Assembly: GCA_964387845.1 (NCBI GenBank)
Contig: CAYLXA010000003.1
Coordinates: 32,001 to 96,000 of the forward strand
DNA length: 64,000 nucleotides
Direction: 5' to 3'
DNA from: an uncultured bacterium
GTDB taxonomy: Bacteria > Omnitrophota > Omnitrophia > Omnitrophales > Abzuiibacteriaceae
The notes beneath the pieces were generated by a model that did not search any database, was not told the origin of the DNA, and saw only the letters and a program-made list of their open reading frames with translations. Both the position numbers and the translations under genes were made by a program. Below are positions 57,701 through 63,276 of the stretch, piece after piece; positions within the stretch are counted from its first letter, which is position 1; every line of letters begins with the position of its first letter.

Positions 57701-59243
57701 GTAAACGCAATTCCGATCTGTGTGAAATTGGATCTGCAGAATTAAAATATTCCTGCGGATTAAAATCCGAATTAAAAACTTGAAGCGGATTTGAGATGGC
57801 GGAAGATTTTAGAAACTCTTCGAACTTGGGTTTTAGTTTCTCAAAAGTTGGTGTTTCACCGTTCATGCGTTCGTAATAGCGGTCGTAATCCGTTTCCGGA
57901 GAAACTTGCGGCGAAATCAAAACAAACGGAATGTTTTCCTTTCGGAATTTTTCGGTTAGGTCTTCGGCATGAAAACCGCCGGTGACGAGGATAATGCCGG
58001 AGCCCGGCGGTAAAGGGTAAGCGTTAGGCGTTAAGTCTGACTTATCGCTTAACGCGTAACGCTTAACGCTATTTAAGAATGCTTCATCGCGTCTTTTGCT
58101 GGTGGTATAAAACTGTTCAGCAACATTGAGTTTTTTCGGATCTAGTTTTCCTTTGAGAAATTTTGTAATTTCTTTTTTGTGCTGTTGGTAAAATAGAAAG
58201 TCTTCCGGAGTTGCCTGCAGCGAAACGAGCGCTTTAACGGATTTTAAATATTCGCCTTCTTCATGAAGCCCTTCCTCACCTTTTCCGGAAAACAAACGCT
58301 CACGGACACGGTCTTTGAAAAGACTAATTTCACGAAACAAATTTACAGCACCGATTTCGCGGCTGATTCTTTCAAATTCTTTCTTCTCATCTATTTTTTC
58401 GCCGGCTTTCACACCCGTTAAACTGCGCTCCAATAGAACAAGCGATATTAATTTCTCAATCTCATACAAATCCGAGCGCTTGACGCCTTCGTTGCGCCCA
58501 ATATTCGCTAAATGAGAGATCAGCGAAATTAATTCGCCGCGCTGTTCGTATAAGCCCGTTTTTGTTTCGAATTCGAGCAAGCGCTTGTTGTACGTTTTCT
58601 CTTTCGCTTCCTGATTTTCTTTAAAAAGAAAATGGACGGCGGGCAAAAGTTCTTTTTGCACTTCAAGTGCTTTTAAAAATTCCTTCCGGTTTGAATCATA
58701 AAGTGCCGCATCTTCGGCCCCGATTAACTCATAGGACTTGGGGTTTAAAACGGCTTCTGCTTCAATGCCGGTTAAAATAACCTGCTCAAGCCAAAATCGG
58801 GTGGCGAGTTCTTTTACTTTTTGGTTAGGATAATTACGAAATCTGAAAAGATCTGCAGTGCCGGATGCGCCCTCGGCTAAAATCGTGCGGACGCCGAATT
58901 TTTCCGATATAAGCCTTGCGATCTTCTGAATATTCTGCTGAGCGCCCAGGTTTGCGTGAGCATCTTGGATGTAAAAAACTATAGGGGCAAGGGTCATGGG
59001 TCCAGGGTCAAGGTTCGTTCCTTGACCCTTGCTACTTGCTACTTGACCCTTCGGAATAAAGACTTCCGAGACACGCCCCAGAGCTTCTGGAATTAAATTT
59101 CCAAAATCCTGTTGATTAGATATGGGTCTTTGGTAATCAAGAGGCGCTGCATGAGAGATGTCTGCCCAGATAAACGCCACGATTAGGACAAACGCAATAA
59201 TGCGGAGAGCCGGAGAATATTTTTTGTTTTGGGGGAAAAACAA
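42732..59243 (-). CDS. Giant multidomain protein (5,503 aa) with N-terminal signal anchor, HExxH, PEP-utilising-enzyme-like and asparaginase-like modules, nine [RK]SELR motifs
   Basis: Single uninterrupted 16,512-nt ORF; TTG start preceded by GAGGTG; hydrophobic segment LRIIAFVLIVAFIWADISHA; YHVYHEVGHLAYENG; DGVRLYRTEVNF / FISIGTNDLLQQTFGRDREYGG / SICGEMAG; LNAGGTIDM / ILTHGTDTLAETG. Confidence 0.85.
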   Translation of the reverse strand: MFFPQNKKYSPALRIIAFVLIVAFIWADISHAAPLDYQRPISNQQDFGNLIPEALGRVSEVFIPKGQVASSKGQGTNLDPGPMTLAPIVFYIQDAHANLGAQQNIQKIARLISEKFGVRTILAEGASGTADLFRFRNYPNQKVKELATRFWLEQVILTGIEAEAVLNPKSYELIGAEDAALYDSNRKEFLKALEVQKELLPAVHFLFKENQEAKEKTYNKRLLEFETKTGLYEQRGELISLISHLANIGRNEGVKRSDLYEIEKLISLVLLERSLTGVKAGEKIDEKKEFERISREIGAVNLFREISLFKDRVRERLFSGKGEEGLHEEGEYLKSVKALVSLQATPEDFLFYQQHKKEITKFLKGKLDPKKLNVAEQFYTTSKRRDEAFLNSVKRYALSDKSDLTPNAYPLPPGSGIILVTGGFHAEDLTEKFRKENIPFVLISPQVSPETDYDRYYERMNGETPTFEKLKPKFEEFLKSSAISNPLQVFNSDFNPQEYFNSADPISHRSELRLQPEFPNLSQIKKLTQVMLIYFSRWLFARPIDVIISAYRGGQSSFLYIPSSTSKFPDKLSQNIFSMLIMIYRELKKLNLSMEEILDSFLMISRTSESYEKLPAELKKFLETPSINFSAEMKDSESMADNTGFSLIYDETYRRLRISLRMAMLQHQIIHHGEIGNKEDRARLFEWVSDYHVYHEVGHLAYENGVVGFKDPESVVIEQTPHRVVSVFLDDVASDWLKVRYVSRDQYPESLAATLTRLHYDSSRFRDAANDKNWKKSRYILKLMTLQLGYTRALINKNNPGTAAENFDNRFLVPIQQALLRFASEVQAKSGKSLPEYYYNPDGWQATFEKFIDRAYFDDSKLASYAVSIQPSQQSEKNDRSELRAVNSQIQKLIDWAAGVPADMTQQANVEAFFSGVVKLAEGKEGNLTEIERTIITDANKSGALASEYKQGNPSVNKFPLRAGSTFAKFINDQFKSIKQNQRDAFFQLVIEKAKSAQPAEPQTQPQAAENKSEKPAAQSGIASYFDPKEESVNDEEIAAIINANPVSTGNSALEIIARVIANTGLSMDAIEGVLPPQLTDLLDLIEEMIEEKKSKSKTSDAEGESEKRSELRTVLMQGNKNQARRVFRGTTMLFQADDFFTAAYSLRSNLDEEPDVQEKIRIEKVKFSEKIDRMILEEDQSNKNLLQVLDELKDSVLEKIESEGKRADHLLEEEIKSKVNSVGFQIYYLWSSRALGESLEKFSSKFKQPAILSPEAAERDVQHFKAILDIFNFDFQIRIRDLKQKGRLRDAKALEITWQFFKYNTDSIKLVMESLKDKKISYFDAFKLYAHPNAYTQLEKAGQPIPRIVKDIHNAIESLKGTEGTDEEKQIKARNREILSTLYRMMSFLSYGESFKMEGMSEELYQEKIKEYNDQIASAFQSAADQLVDQAPVDNMPDKYSFQELLDRFQEETSWLINTKNVYPDVALQYAYQKLILDIGTKMSSEDTSDLQEKTLLNILVLLKDAVLILNEKMARQLVSDQQFTTDKVDHLVVILKVSKEQPYLAGAMNAPTLLSLKKAYPNLGAVVAEFGSPTEHWVIVGANYGILVLTALKAKLGKFADIKSGQIIYADGENGMLHANPSQKDAAEYEQKIVKEEAYLQLAKTLALEPVFAKKDSVASLLMEVSGSADALEHIQELSADTDGVRLYRTEVNFPTHFYRHESWEANIKEYEDDLTQILSQGRIILRGAFAVRTLDRQLDKPVSAISETNTKIGFDLYRDPTEGEPILRAQIRAAIRASIMAAEHFHAEGETGRESAVKVFVPMVQTEDDVIFVRTIFDQELEKFRHDLNRFRIKIPFGIMIETNKAIENLPVIAQKKYVDFISIGTNDLLQQTFGRDREYGGRLYTELLSTFLEKIETIIEHASAAGLEVSICGEMAGWRRFMLFLIYMKGKYANVPISVAVSPAVLAILKQLIRFTAYEDVESIFYDYKDWIPAERKWLDEIGKDSQKAYDAGAYENILNDTAVDMAREIELEIQETPSFQELYQQYFEIRQATKKSELRSDDALISQAKRIGTKRFVGRQLVSVGHGRTFTVVFDEDGNTESMHIRVESVPKQISRVRVESVGGSLVGIRSAWHRQKDLDKIQQIIGEKNQNDLKFDIKLNPSREDGFLIARGGEQTDLKIIARVKLITSRKLETSGDKDQRESYFLIQSIPGVRVLPVKNFNHKRMTERMFLDLVQSAKSKIKVPIFLWEHIINSFSQKTAQEFLISLATANIKKGSTKRNKKSNVESKLEVFFEPVRDITNTLLEKSKTDARLRFAVSEGLSRYFQSFYDLAMGLGKSHAIDVFKEKTRELIISIHEFYFDYHKNAAFETLERYKMTPSKGLPDIYRQLVEASYHLNKMASASQVFAFQSQFHGLGNLWGRFESRAWHAYLESEDSAERKIFHALSGLAENEQENHYERAIKEKAGLPSTIALKIPAFQYANEHSLRKVVRRLNRAINPRLRFEMVGNVGYRDYAIAMLLSVLGIGSKGWQLKKRLEWAREEYRRTRSREAIMDQVFPNEVVSNDETDRAGNIVHPNVTDLMYGNPLPGSNMYAASLIARTLIAIESDFAKNPSWDYDNKISRVLYAYEALLKHDVRIVLRRVIRKFDRGEYKIKDPKFENLVDYYRKVLESDELIEQLMPFQKPAPELVFLLLLWTDTLRQYDYLNNTIEYLIENDIFNQYRDEDGNITAKSIRPIYEKDPWIKGLRGPQRTIFNQIMFELGLLAPEDLFPESIGSAIQLLESVKSSEGTAPLILTDRDYPLERTAAMIRDLKQEFGGYAAIGRWRSSFTPVGETNLIYRGVMRMLEAYRREGRRIFEHGAASKRYSKDKERWFVETLEKVIEDIDRAIETSDDQSSLNLIDFHFSKASDREGLIGNEINSRLLHIVQKRITNDAEKDWPSERKKRRLSTKRKMSAGAADFQKRLEFHGERDKLFKKMLAAFSEELIAEIKPDSQPNFESIPAPIGEKFMQVLHQKFPDIPFMMDWHITFMERRPRETRAPIRIIATSKAMELLKDLKKITVDGQDLKIDYIPWKGELDRFAPIHRLRRWKEFDANVPAIFVNIGLRGVQLKKLPLPTFRQSIIGAWLLSYSQAYPRGSDPAKFYDRFLNSEPTQEQTEYVYRVMKTFIAETLNAAESKKSELRSLESMNMNSWKSANSRGNLLLSQITRSKTTYAAAAPQYAAFFSDAWFSDLDSFVLSKLIPASSDGEFDIETAFAGFEDLKNIGSEARKSFEILKKIFDGLTESENRDAYHKLREIQSRFEKFISDLGTASEIETVFSWLLEVDEGILSINQLANNPEKGRSEKLDEIRKIVGKFFRKEALPLILNLIVKSNENETVSFVRKTRSEKIIQRIQKIDELAKKFIEVESISALRQTALTALASENTAESRAKLEEQLKIASQSSAFLDAFLSDLKNSDLVRHFDSLVKLKKELDEFIDLMGTSDERNAFYSWLEGAHALTARIPPILQNRHLNTVLKKLDVLLSLLDIKNKESIFFESRTSPVYGRLHKDFKSLSGASDISIQQARINLFYETMMKVAVTVKTFLDDDSFKESQTSSKWGEAYWRLRSIYEDISTQVYKQWFKYYLGQAKAKLNQADHLVDQVEPELAEELIGQAKIDLEKAFEKLDKVFSRQIEMNRSTTLQIEFRDLALAEGHRLKLLKSMMDSSRRTHLLIEGQIGLIDKAVERSFEQSGALPVETQLMIIDLYLIFGLNRQAVERMHGNIRRSSMKAITKMRDSDTVRGMRFAGNTQKTILRYMLLHHLTGDADLENLFFKTIKEEDPQEISKLVDQIYSDEKYRDVTIRVGQVHEWLSEKLEPWQVEAMSEYTNHVGLDFESLFNSKNQLEVDHEMGAEVRKKIEEAILNRNPDQPFENLSVDQAALKEYLKFSVKEYLLPDTLLKDPDVLFKYKSGPNKGRIMAPLLIALILWEEIYTKSEGQSQDVVWHPRLGTTIGGARMGEALQHMIDRGLLFVPPTNPAFGGPRIASREVLVDTLEFAQLLHTPESEEGKEIRRILGPEIMLFEQFSIRLGLTTEQELELVKQEVLTEAKPSETEEQPLTGTIEETAEEMLPLRLSEMLKNIDSTPETASEAPQPEQQPPFVSEIERASPVDQWTIYALTPAIIESLFDPSLTYWDRIRIIVEARGITHITTSELFNQIQETYGHVHAVLSGSKQVKFTEVTRLVGKLARILNVTSDLIYGIRRETVLELNADPYPPHFADKFLPKNARQAAVTNRRLEIPRAIIGKTPLVDSFENSSVTQEPEPEKPIEFGSPEYKALLRARIHADLVMRLPYRVRKELYNKESRMPEIARLTGIELAPKIVDAPVKGGKGTKKKIVQNVTILKDAWENKTPDIDQYIKILPPFDMAKAVEKLFDYLKDSAFLRKALGVSPDRLEKILEIKDRIVELPEDQARELLELKKAKEELGVFEDSIATTNRVLKQLDEPNAEEPVEENVRSELRSGQSIAELQKELSGVSILNAGGTIDMIGEFARKTVDAVRVLLTHLKNTVFYKSVFDKNPDSTNIGPKEWEKIIDHIKDEISRKTTLAEEIKVSQREMGGIILTHGTDTLAETGLVLSLEFDGSLPTRIVLTGSSTVNEKEKILNLKAAEEVAKRTDIPNLVYVVIDSQIYLGSLISKIRTDSSSKGSLFASYGKAIGAVDSKGNISFDMDFLQTVSSKLANLEKQPKFHKNEEFGYVEHLLIDETTPALVLFQAGNRIERHAEQAGVRAGLVIQGDFSKNPEIEYIRATIQSLKRKKIPVVSNVSQSGAINIPYHMTFSKARTKLSWLLRAGVSFESLERELKRDFMGEAGGLWGRTDIPDWAQEKFQPNSFRQGREIVLAFPGIIPEVFIDASNRLLISGDSNKKELLVREFGDGNVPLENRSIQDILLTYLTRHHPDLADASFYELPFIDPEKDMDLERRLRQKISELSKDERIQISNLYQIENPRLLTNQLISEATKGQKFSNDAQRVLKIQEFIQENFPAWPRFGEVKTTDELIRILDEKFSDLTFLEQEEFFLKFPKYLARWIIKDALTNANPILKVISEIEDKSVQVKILTNAVFGRTNLQTYELGNMLMAVGADGQKSRGWKSALVRKDESRSELRTSDEALIEHIRNEFKDHFESRLDNSSFHLEHAVLNHAAGLHEGPSRILLGLTLPLIEAGVRYWIGEENNPANHFSSRITATTLFTIYETPIAIYLEAPKRLGITQAQLEAATKVIKEYLEDERVGDEVEQEADAARSHPDELEDFPEGAYRTQYLDRLKAVFGETQESRSELRREANQASIPSNVKGNIVISFEELKNRSELREAILADMSANPGSKIEFSVVASEFDNTFVAERAVEELFPNADIFGKQSGQRSRLQLYTRERLSVGRELSADQAYNILIDRLKHELNAKGDTTRIVAIGEHDLFSKLTRRDIPKVLGRPGAVEAAQLLIAHNDSFNFRSLGDVIDPSSEFISSLMHTLFSRAVLGKAA

Positions 59244-59265
59244 CCGCGCACCTCAAGATAAATTT

Positions 59266-59291
59266 AATAACCACAACTGCTAGTGGTTATT
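59266..59291. promoter_or_regulatory. Perfect palindrome aataaccac-N8-gtggttatt between putative -10 and RBS of giant gene (candidate operator)
   Basis: 9-nt arms; lies between the giant-gene TTG start (GAGGTG RBS) and candidate sigma-70-like -35 TTGAAA / -10 TAAACT elements read on the minus strand at about 59300..59328. Confidence 0.35.
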
Positions 59292-59391
59292 AGTACCAAA
59301 GTTTATCTTAAAGTACCGGATATTTCAAGTTTATAACCGTTAATTTATTAGACTGTATAATAAAGATACAATTTTATCTGTAAAATATAGT

Positions 59392-60693
59392 CTATTTCGG
59401 GTCATTTAAGTTGATTTGATTAGATTGACACACTTTTGAATAATAACGGGCACTTTCGCGGATCCGGCGCTCTTGTGTCGTATAGTTCACATCGATCAAA
59501 CCAAAGCGCGGCCCGAAGCCATAAGCCCATTCAAAATTATCCAAAAGTGACCAATACAAATAACCGATTACCGGCACCTTTTTTTCGATAGCGCGCGAAA
59601 CTTCGACTAAATTGCGGTGAATAAAGAATTTCCTTTGCGTGTCATCATCCGTGCAAATTCCATTTTCCGTAACGATGACGGGAACTTCATAGCGCTTCAG
59701 CTGCAGCAGGATATCGAATAACCCTTTCGGATAAATTTCCCAACCCATTTTGTTCCGAGGGCCTGAAGATTCATGATGTTTAATCGAGCAGACATCCCCG
59801 AAAATTTCGGGGAAACCGAAACCGGCAAAGTGAACATAATCACGTGTGTAATAGTTAAGCCCCAGAAAATCAAAACTTTTCGGCAATGCAAGCGGCTCGC
59901 AATAAACCCCCGGGATAAATAAAAATCCGCGGTAAAGCGCGTCTGAGAACAAATGATTAAACATTTCGTTCCGGAGCCATGCGGATAACTTGTCGAACAT
60001 GGATTGAGGCCTGCACGGCGTCGCTACCATCATGTGCTGCGCAAAACCAACCTGCGGTTTTTTCATGCCGCGGCCTTTGGATGCTTCGTGAATTATTTTG
60101 TACGCACGCACATGCGCCAGCAGAAAATGTTTGAGGACTTTCAGCGCATTCCGGGATGAACGGCCTCCCGGCGGCCACTCACCGGTGATGTAGCTTAGAT
60201 AAATGTAAACCATCGGTTCGTTAATCGTAACCCAGTAAGTCACGTCTTTTCCGAATGCATGCACGCACCGCTTCACATATTCGCCGAAATAATCGACGGA
60301 ACGCGGATTCGTCCAGTCACCGATTTTGGAAAACCAGGTGGGATTCGTAAAATGATGCAGCGTCACGACGGGTTCGATGCCGCGGTCTTTGAGCGCTTTA
60401 ATCACTTGCGCATAGTGCGCAAATTCGGATTGATTCCAGTGGTGACGGGCAGGCTGCAGGCGGCTCCATTCGATAGAAAACCGGTGCGCATTGTGAGAAA
60501 TCTCTTTCGCCAGATCGAAATCGGATTCGAAGCGTGCGTAATGATCGCAGGCATCCAGCGAACGGGTTTTAACTTTATGCTCTTTTTCCCATTGCCACCA
60601 GTCGTTCAGGGTGTTATTGCCCTCAACCTGATGGGAAGAAGTGGCGGCGCCCCAGAGGAAATTTTTTGGAAATGTATAAACGTTTTCAGACAT
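59392..60693 (-). CDS. GH1-family beta-glucosidase
   Basis: 433 aa; catalytic NEP (YWVTINEP) and TENG (VIVTENGICT) motifs. Confidence 0.9.
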   Translation of the reverse strand: MSENVYTFPKNFLWGAATSSHQVEGNNTLNDWWQWEKEHKVKTRSLDACDHYARFESDFDLAKEISHNAHRFSIEWSRLQPARHHWNQSEFAHYAQVIKALKDRGIEPVVTLHHFTNPTWFSKIGDWTNPRSVDYFGEYVKRCVHAFGKDVTYWVTINEPMVYIYLSYITGEWPPGGRSSRNALKVLKHFLLAHVRAYKIIHEASKGRGMKKPQVGFAQHMMVATPCRPQSMFDKLSAWLRNEMFNHLFSDALYRGFLFIPGVYCEPLALPKSFDFLGLNYYTRDYVHFAGFGFPEIFGDVCSIKHHESSGPRNKMGWEIYPKGLFDILLQLKRYEVPVIVTENGICTDDDTQRKFFIHRNLVEVSRAIEKKVPVIGYLYWSLLDNFEWAYGFGPRFGLIDVNYTTQERRIRESARYYSKVCQSNQINLNDPK

Positions 60694-60760
60694 AGTGTGT
60701 GTTTCTCTATGGAGAAAACGGCTAAATGGGCCGGAAAATTAAGGGGTGATTCGCCGGGCG

Positions 60761-61108
60761 TTACCGGCTATGGCGGGCGTCTTCAATGCGCTGTTTCAGC
60801 ATGGTGTCGCTCGTCTGAAACTCTTCAAGCCGTTTGAGCCGTTGGATGCGGAAGTCTTCTAACAACTTGTCTTTCTCTTCCTGGCTGATCTCTGACCCCA
60901 TCTGTGCATGGACTTCTTTGCCTTCGTCGTACAATTCATCCAAAAACGATTTCCGGAGCTGGTCTTGTTCGGTTAACAGATCCTGAACTTCCTTTGGCTC
61001 CTGATTTCTGGGAACCGGCGCCGCATTTTCGGCCAAAAGAGGCGCGGGTAGCAAAAGGGCCGAAACAATCCATAGAACACTGATTTGCCTGAGGGTTATT
61101 TTTTTCAT
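60761..61108 (-). CDS. Small periplasmic coiled-coil protein
   Basis: 115 aa; signal peptide; E/K/Q-rich helical region. Confidence 0.35.
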   Translation of the reverse strand: MKKITLRQISVLWIVSALLLPAPLLAENAAPVPRNQEPKEVQDLLTEQDQLRKSFLDELYDEGKEVHAQMGSEISQEEKDKLLEDFRIQRLKRLEEFQTSDTMLKQRIEDARHSR

Positions 61109-61170
61109 AAACTTGCTACTATTCTAACTGATAACCCGCCTTTTGCAAGATTGCCAAAAATCACCGGATT

Positions 61171-61938
61171 GTGCTATATAAGTCAGCCATGATTATGCTT
61201 CGAGCCGTTTTCCTGACGTTTTTTTCATTTTTTACCTGGTTTTTGGTGGCGACTTGGACAATTTTGGTTTCCATTCCTATTGTTTTGATTTCACTTTTGC
61301 TTGCACCGATTGACCCGGACCGCCGAATTGCACACAGACTTGGCACAATCTGGGGCCAAGGTATTTTCTTGATGAATCCGCTTTGGAAATTAAAAATTTC
61401 TGGAAAAGGGTTTGTCCGGAAAAACAAAGCTTACGTTTTGGTCGCAAATCACCTGAGTCTTGCCGACATCATTTGCATTTATTGCCTGGACCGGCAGTTT
61501 AAATGGATCGCAAAAGAAAGTTTGTTCAAAATTCCGTTTTTCGGATGGGCGATGAGCGCCATGCGATATGTGCGTTTGCGTCGCGGCGAATTGGGAAGTA
61601 TTCGCGAAAGCTTTGACGAGTCATTCCGGTGGCTCAAGCGGGACATGTCTCTTTTGATTTTTCCGGAAGGAACCCGCAGCAAGAGCGGCCAGCTGGGCAC
61701 GTTTAAAAACGGGGCCTTTAAACTGGCGATCCGGGCCAAAAAACCTGTCGTCCCGATTGTATTGGCAGGGACCAATCGCGCAATCCAGAAAGGAAAGAAA
61801 GTAATGTCGACTGAGGTCAAATGCCGATTGAAAGTTTTAAAACCGATTCCGACGGATCAATATAAAGAGGAAGATTTTGCGAAACTTCGGGATTTGGTCC
61901 GGTCTAAAATGTCGGAAGCAATCGGACAACTAACATAA
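61171..61938 (+). CDS. plsC: 1-acyl-sn-glycerol-3-phosphate acyltransferase
   Basis: 255 aa; HX4D (VANHLSLADI) and FPEGTRS motifs. Confidence 0.85.
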   Translation: MLYKSAMIMLRAVFLTFFSFFTWFLVATWTILVSIPIVLISLLLAPIDPDRRIAHRLGTIWGQGIFLMNPLWKLKISGKGFVRKNKAYVLVANHLSLADIICIYCLDRQFKWIAKESLFKIPFFGWAMSAMRYVRLRRGELGSIRESFDESFRWLKRDMSLLIFPEGTRSKSGQLGTFKNGAFKLAIRAKKPVVPIVLAGTNRAIQKGKKVMSTEVKCRLKVLKPIPTDQYKEEDFAKLRDLVRSKMSEAIGQLT

Positions 61939-61996
61939 ATTAAAATCTCAAATATCAAACTGGAAATATGATTTTGAATTTTGATATTTGAATTTA
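61939..61996. repeat. AT-rich palindromic repeat, family B copy 2
   Basis: tctcaaatatcaaactggaaatatgattttgaattttgatatttga between convergent plsC and zinc-ribbon gene. Confidence 0.7.
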
Positions 61997-63274
61997 TATT
62001 AATTTTTTAATGACGGCTTCTTTTTGCCGTGCATCATCCGCCAACTCCGGTGGAAATTGCACTTTCTCAAGCGCCAAAAGCGCTTCCTGCCATTTTTTAT
62101 CCCGGATTGCCGCGATGGCTTTACTATATTCTTCCTGAATAACGCGCAAACTGGCCGGCAAATTTTGGCTCAAAACCTTTTTCTTGATCCGCAGGTCGGC
62201 CGCAACCGATGTCAGCTTCACCGAAACCGGCTCAAGTAATTCGTCTTGAATATCAATGCCGCGCCTAATATCGGAATCGATTTGTGCAACTTCAGGCGGA
62301 TAGTCGATTTGCACTTGCTTGGCTACATTGTTCGTGAGTTCAATATCTCTTTCGAGGGATTCCGCAAGCTGAAACGCCTCTTCTATTTTGTTGTCTTTCA
62401 CCAAATCAAACAATGTTCCATATTTTGTTTCCACCGGTTGCATGGAATTTCGGACACGCGCCATCAATAAATGCATATTGAGCTGGTGAATTTTGCCGAG
62501 CACATCATTGATATACGGCTGAAGCATCACCAGCGCTACGGCTTTGTGATGCAAAGGATTATTCGAATAAACCGGAAAAACGAGCGACTGAATAAACTCA
62601 TACCGAGCGGTTTCGTAATCATTTTTGGCAAGCGCTTCACCGGCCTTTAAATAATGCTCCTTGAAAAGCTGGATTAATTTGCGCTCATAGCCCCAACTAA
62701 AATAGATGCCTCTTGCTTTTTGCTGTTTCACCAAAAAAGCTTCAAAATCATCCTGTGTCCACATTTTTGACAGTTGGGGCTTTTCGGTTTGAAAAGGAAA
62801 ATCAACCCGTTGATTAAAAATTTGAAGCTCATCTTGCCCGAATGGCCGCGGAATCTCTAATTTGACTTCGCGCGCAAGAATTTGGGCTTCCGCATCGCTC
62901 AAAACAGGTTCTGCAGGCATCTCGGAAACAGGCGTCTTTTGCACATCCGGCTTCGGTTTGTCTTCTTCGGACAAACGGGTTTTCACATTGTCTACAATGC
63001 CGGAGGTTTGCTGTACGATGCTTTTTAAAACCCAAACAGCCGCAATAATAATTACGAGTGCTGTAATGATTTTGAAAATTTTTGGAGAAATATTCGGAGA
63101 TTTCAGCTTAGGCAGAGGCGGTTTTATGTCTTTTGTAAGATCAACTTTCTTGGGCGAATCCGGCTCACCCACCAAATGAACCGAAGTTGTCCAAAAACAG
63201 GACGGGCAGCGCTGGACAATCGTTTCGGGCGCATCAAATTTTTTACCGCAGTGTTCGCAATAATATTGAGCCAT
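61994..63274 (-). CDS. Zinc-ribbon-anchored bitopic membrane protein, function unknown
   Basis: 426 aa; N-terminal CEHCGKKF...CPSCFW zinc ribbon, TM IFKIITALVIIIAAVWVL, large helical C-terminal domain. Confidence 0.45.
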   Translation of the reverse strand: MAQYYCEHCGKKFDAPETIVQRCPSCFWTTSVHLVGEPDSPKKVDLTKDIKPPLPKLKSPNISPKIFKIITALVIIIAAVWVLKSIVQQTSGIVDNVKTRLSEEDKPKPDVQKTPVSEMPAEPVLSDAEAQILAREVKLEIPRPFGQDELQIFNQRVDFPFQTEKPQLSKMWTQDDFEAFLVKQQKARGIYFSWGYERKLIQLFKEHYLKAGEALAKNDYETARYEFIQSLVFPVYSNNPLHHKAVALVMLQPYINDVLGKIHQLNMHLLMARVRNSMQPVETKYGTLFDLVKDNKIEEAFQLAESLERDIELTNNVAKQVQIDYPPEVAQIDSDIRRGIDIQDELLEPVSVKLTSVAADLRIKKKVLSQNLPASLRVIQEEYSKAIAAIRDKKWQEALLALEKVQFPPELADDARQKEAVIKKLI

Positions 63275-63276
63275 AA

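Noticed and set aside
42732-59243. Giant ORF as an assembly or annotation artefact, or as a run of separate genes
   Set aside because: There is no stop codon in 16.5 kb of one frame. Codon-level conservation of the recurring SELR peptide and coherent domain motifs throughout argue for a genuine single ORF. Mis-assembly cannot be excluded without reads.
59241-59243. Non-ATG start of giant gene considered doubtful
   Set aside because: The doubt was set aside. TTG is the first start after an in-frame stop, it has a well-spaced GAGGTG SD, and it is followed by a signal-anchor-like hydrophobic segment. The next Met is about 80 residues downstream, after the hydrophobic segment.
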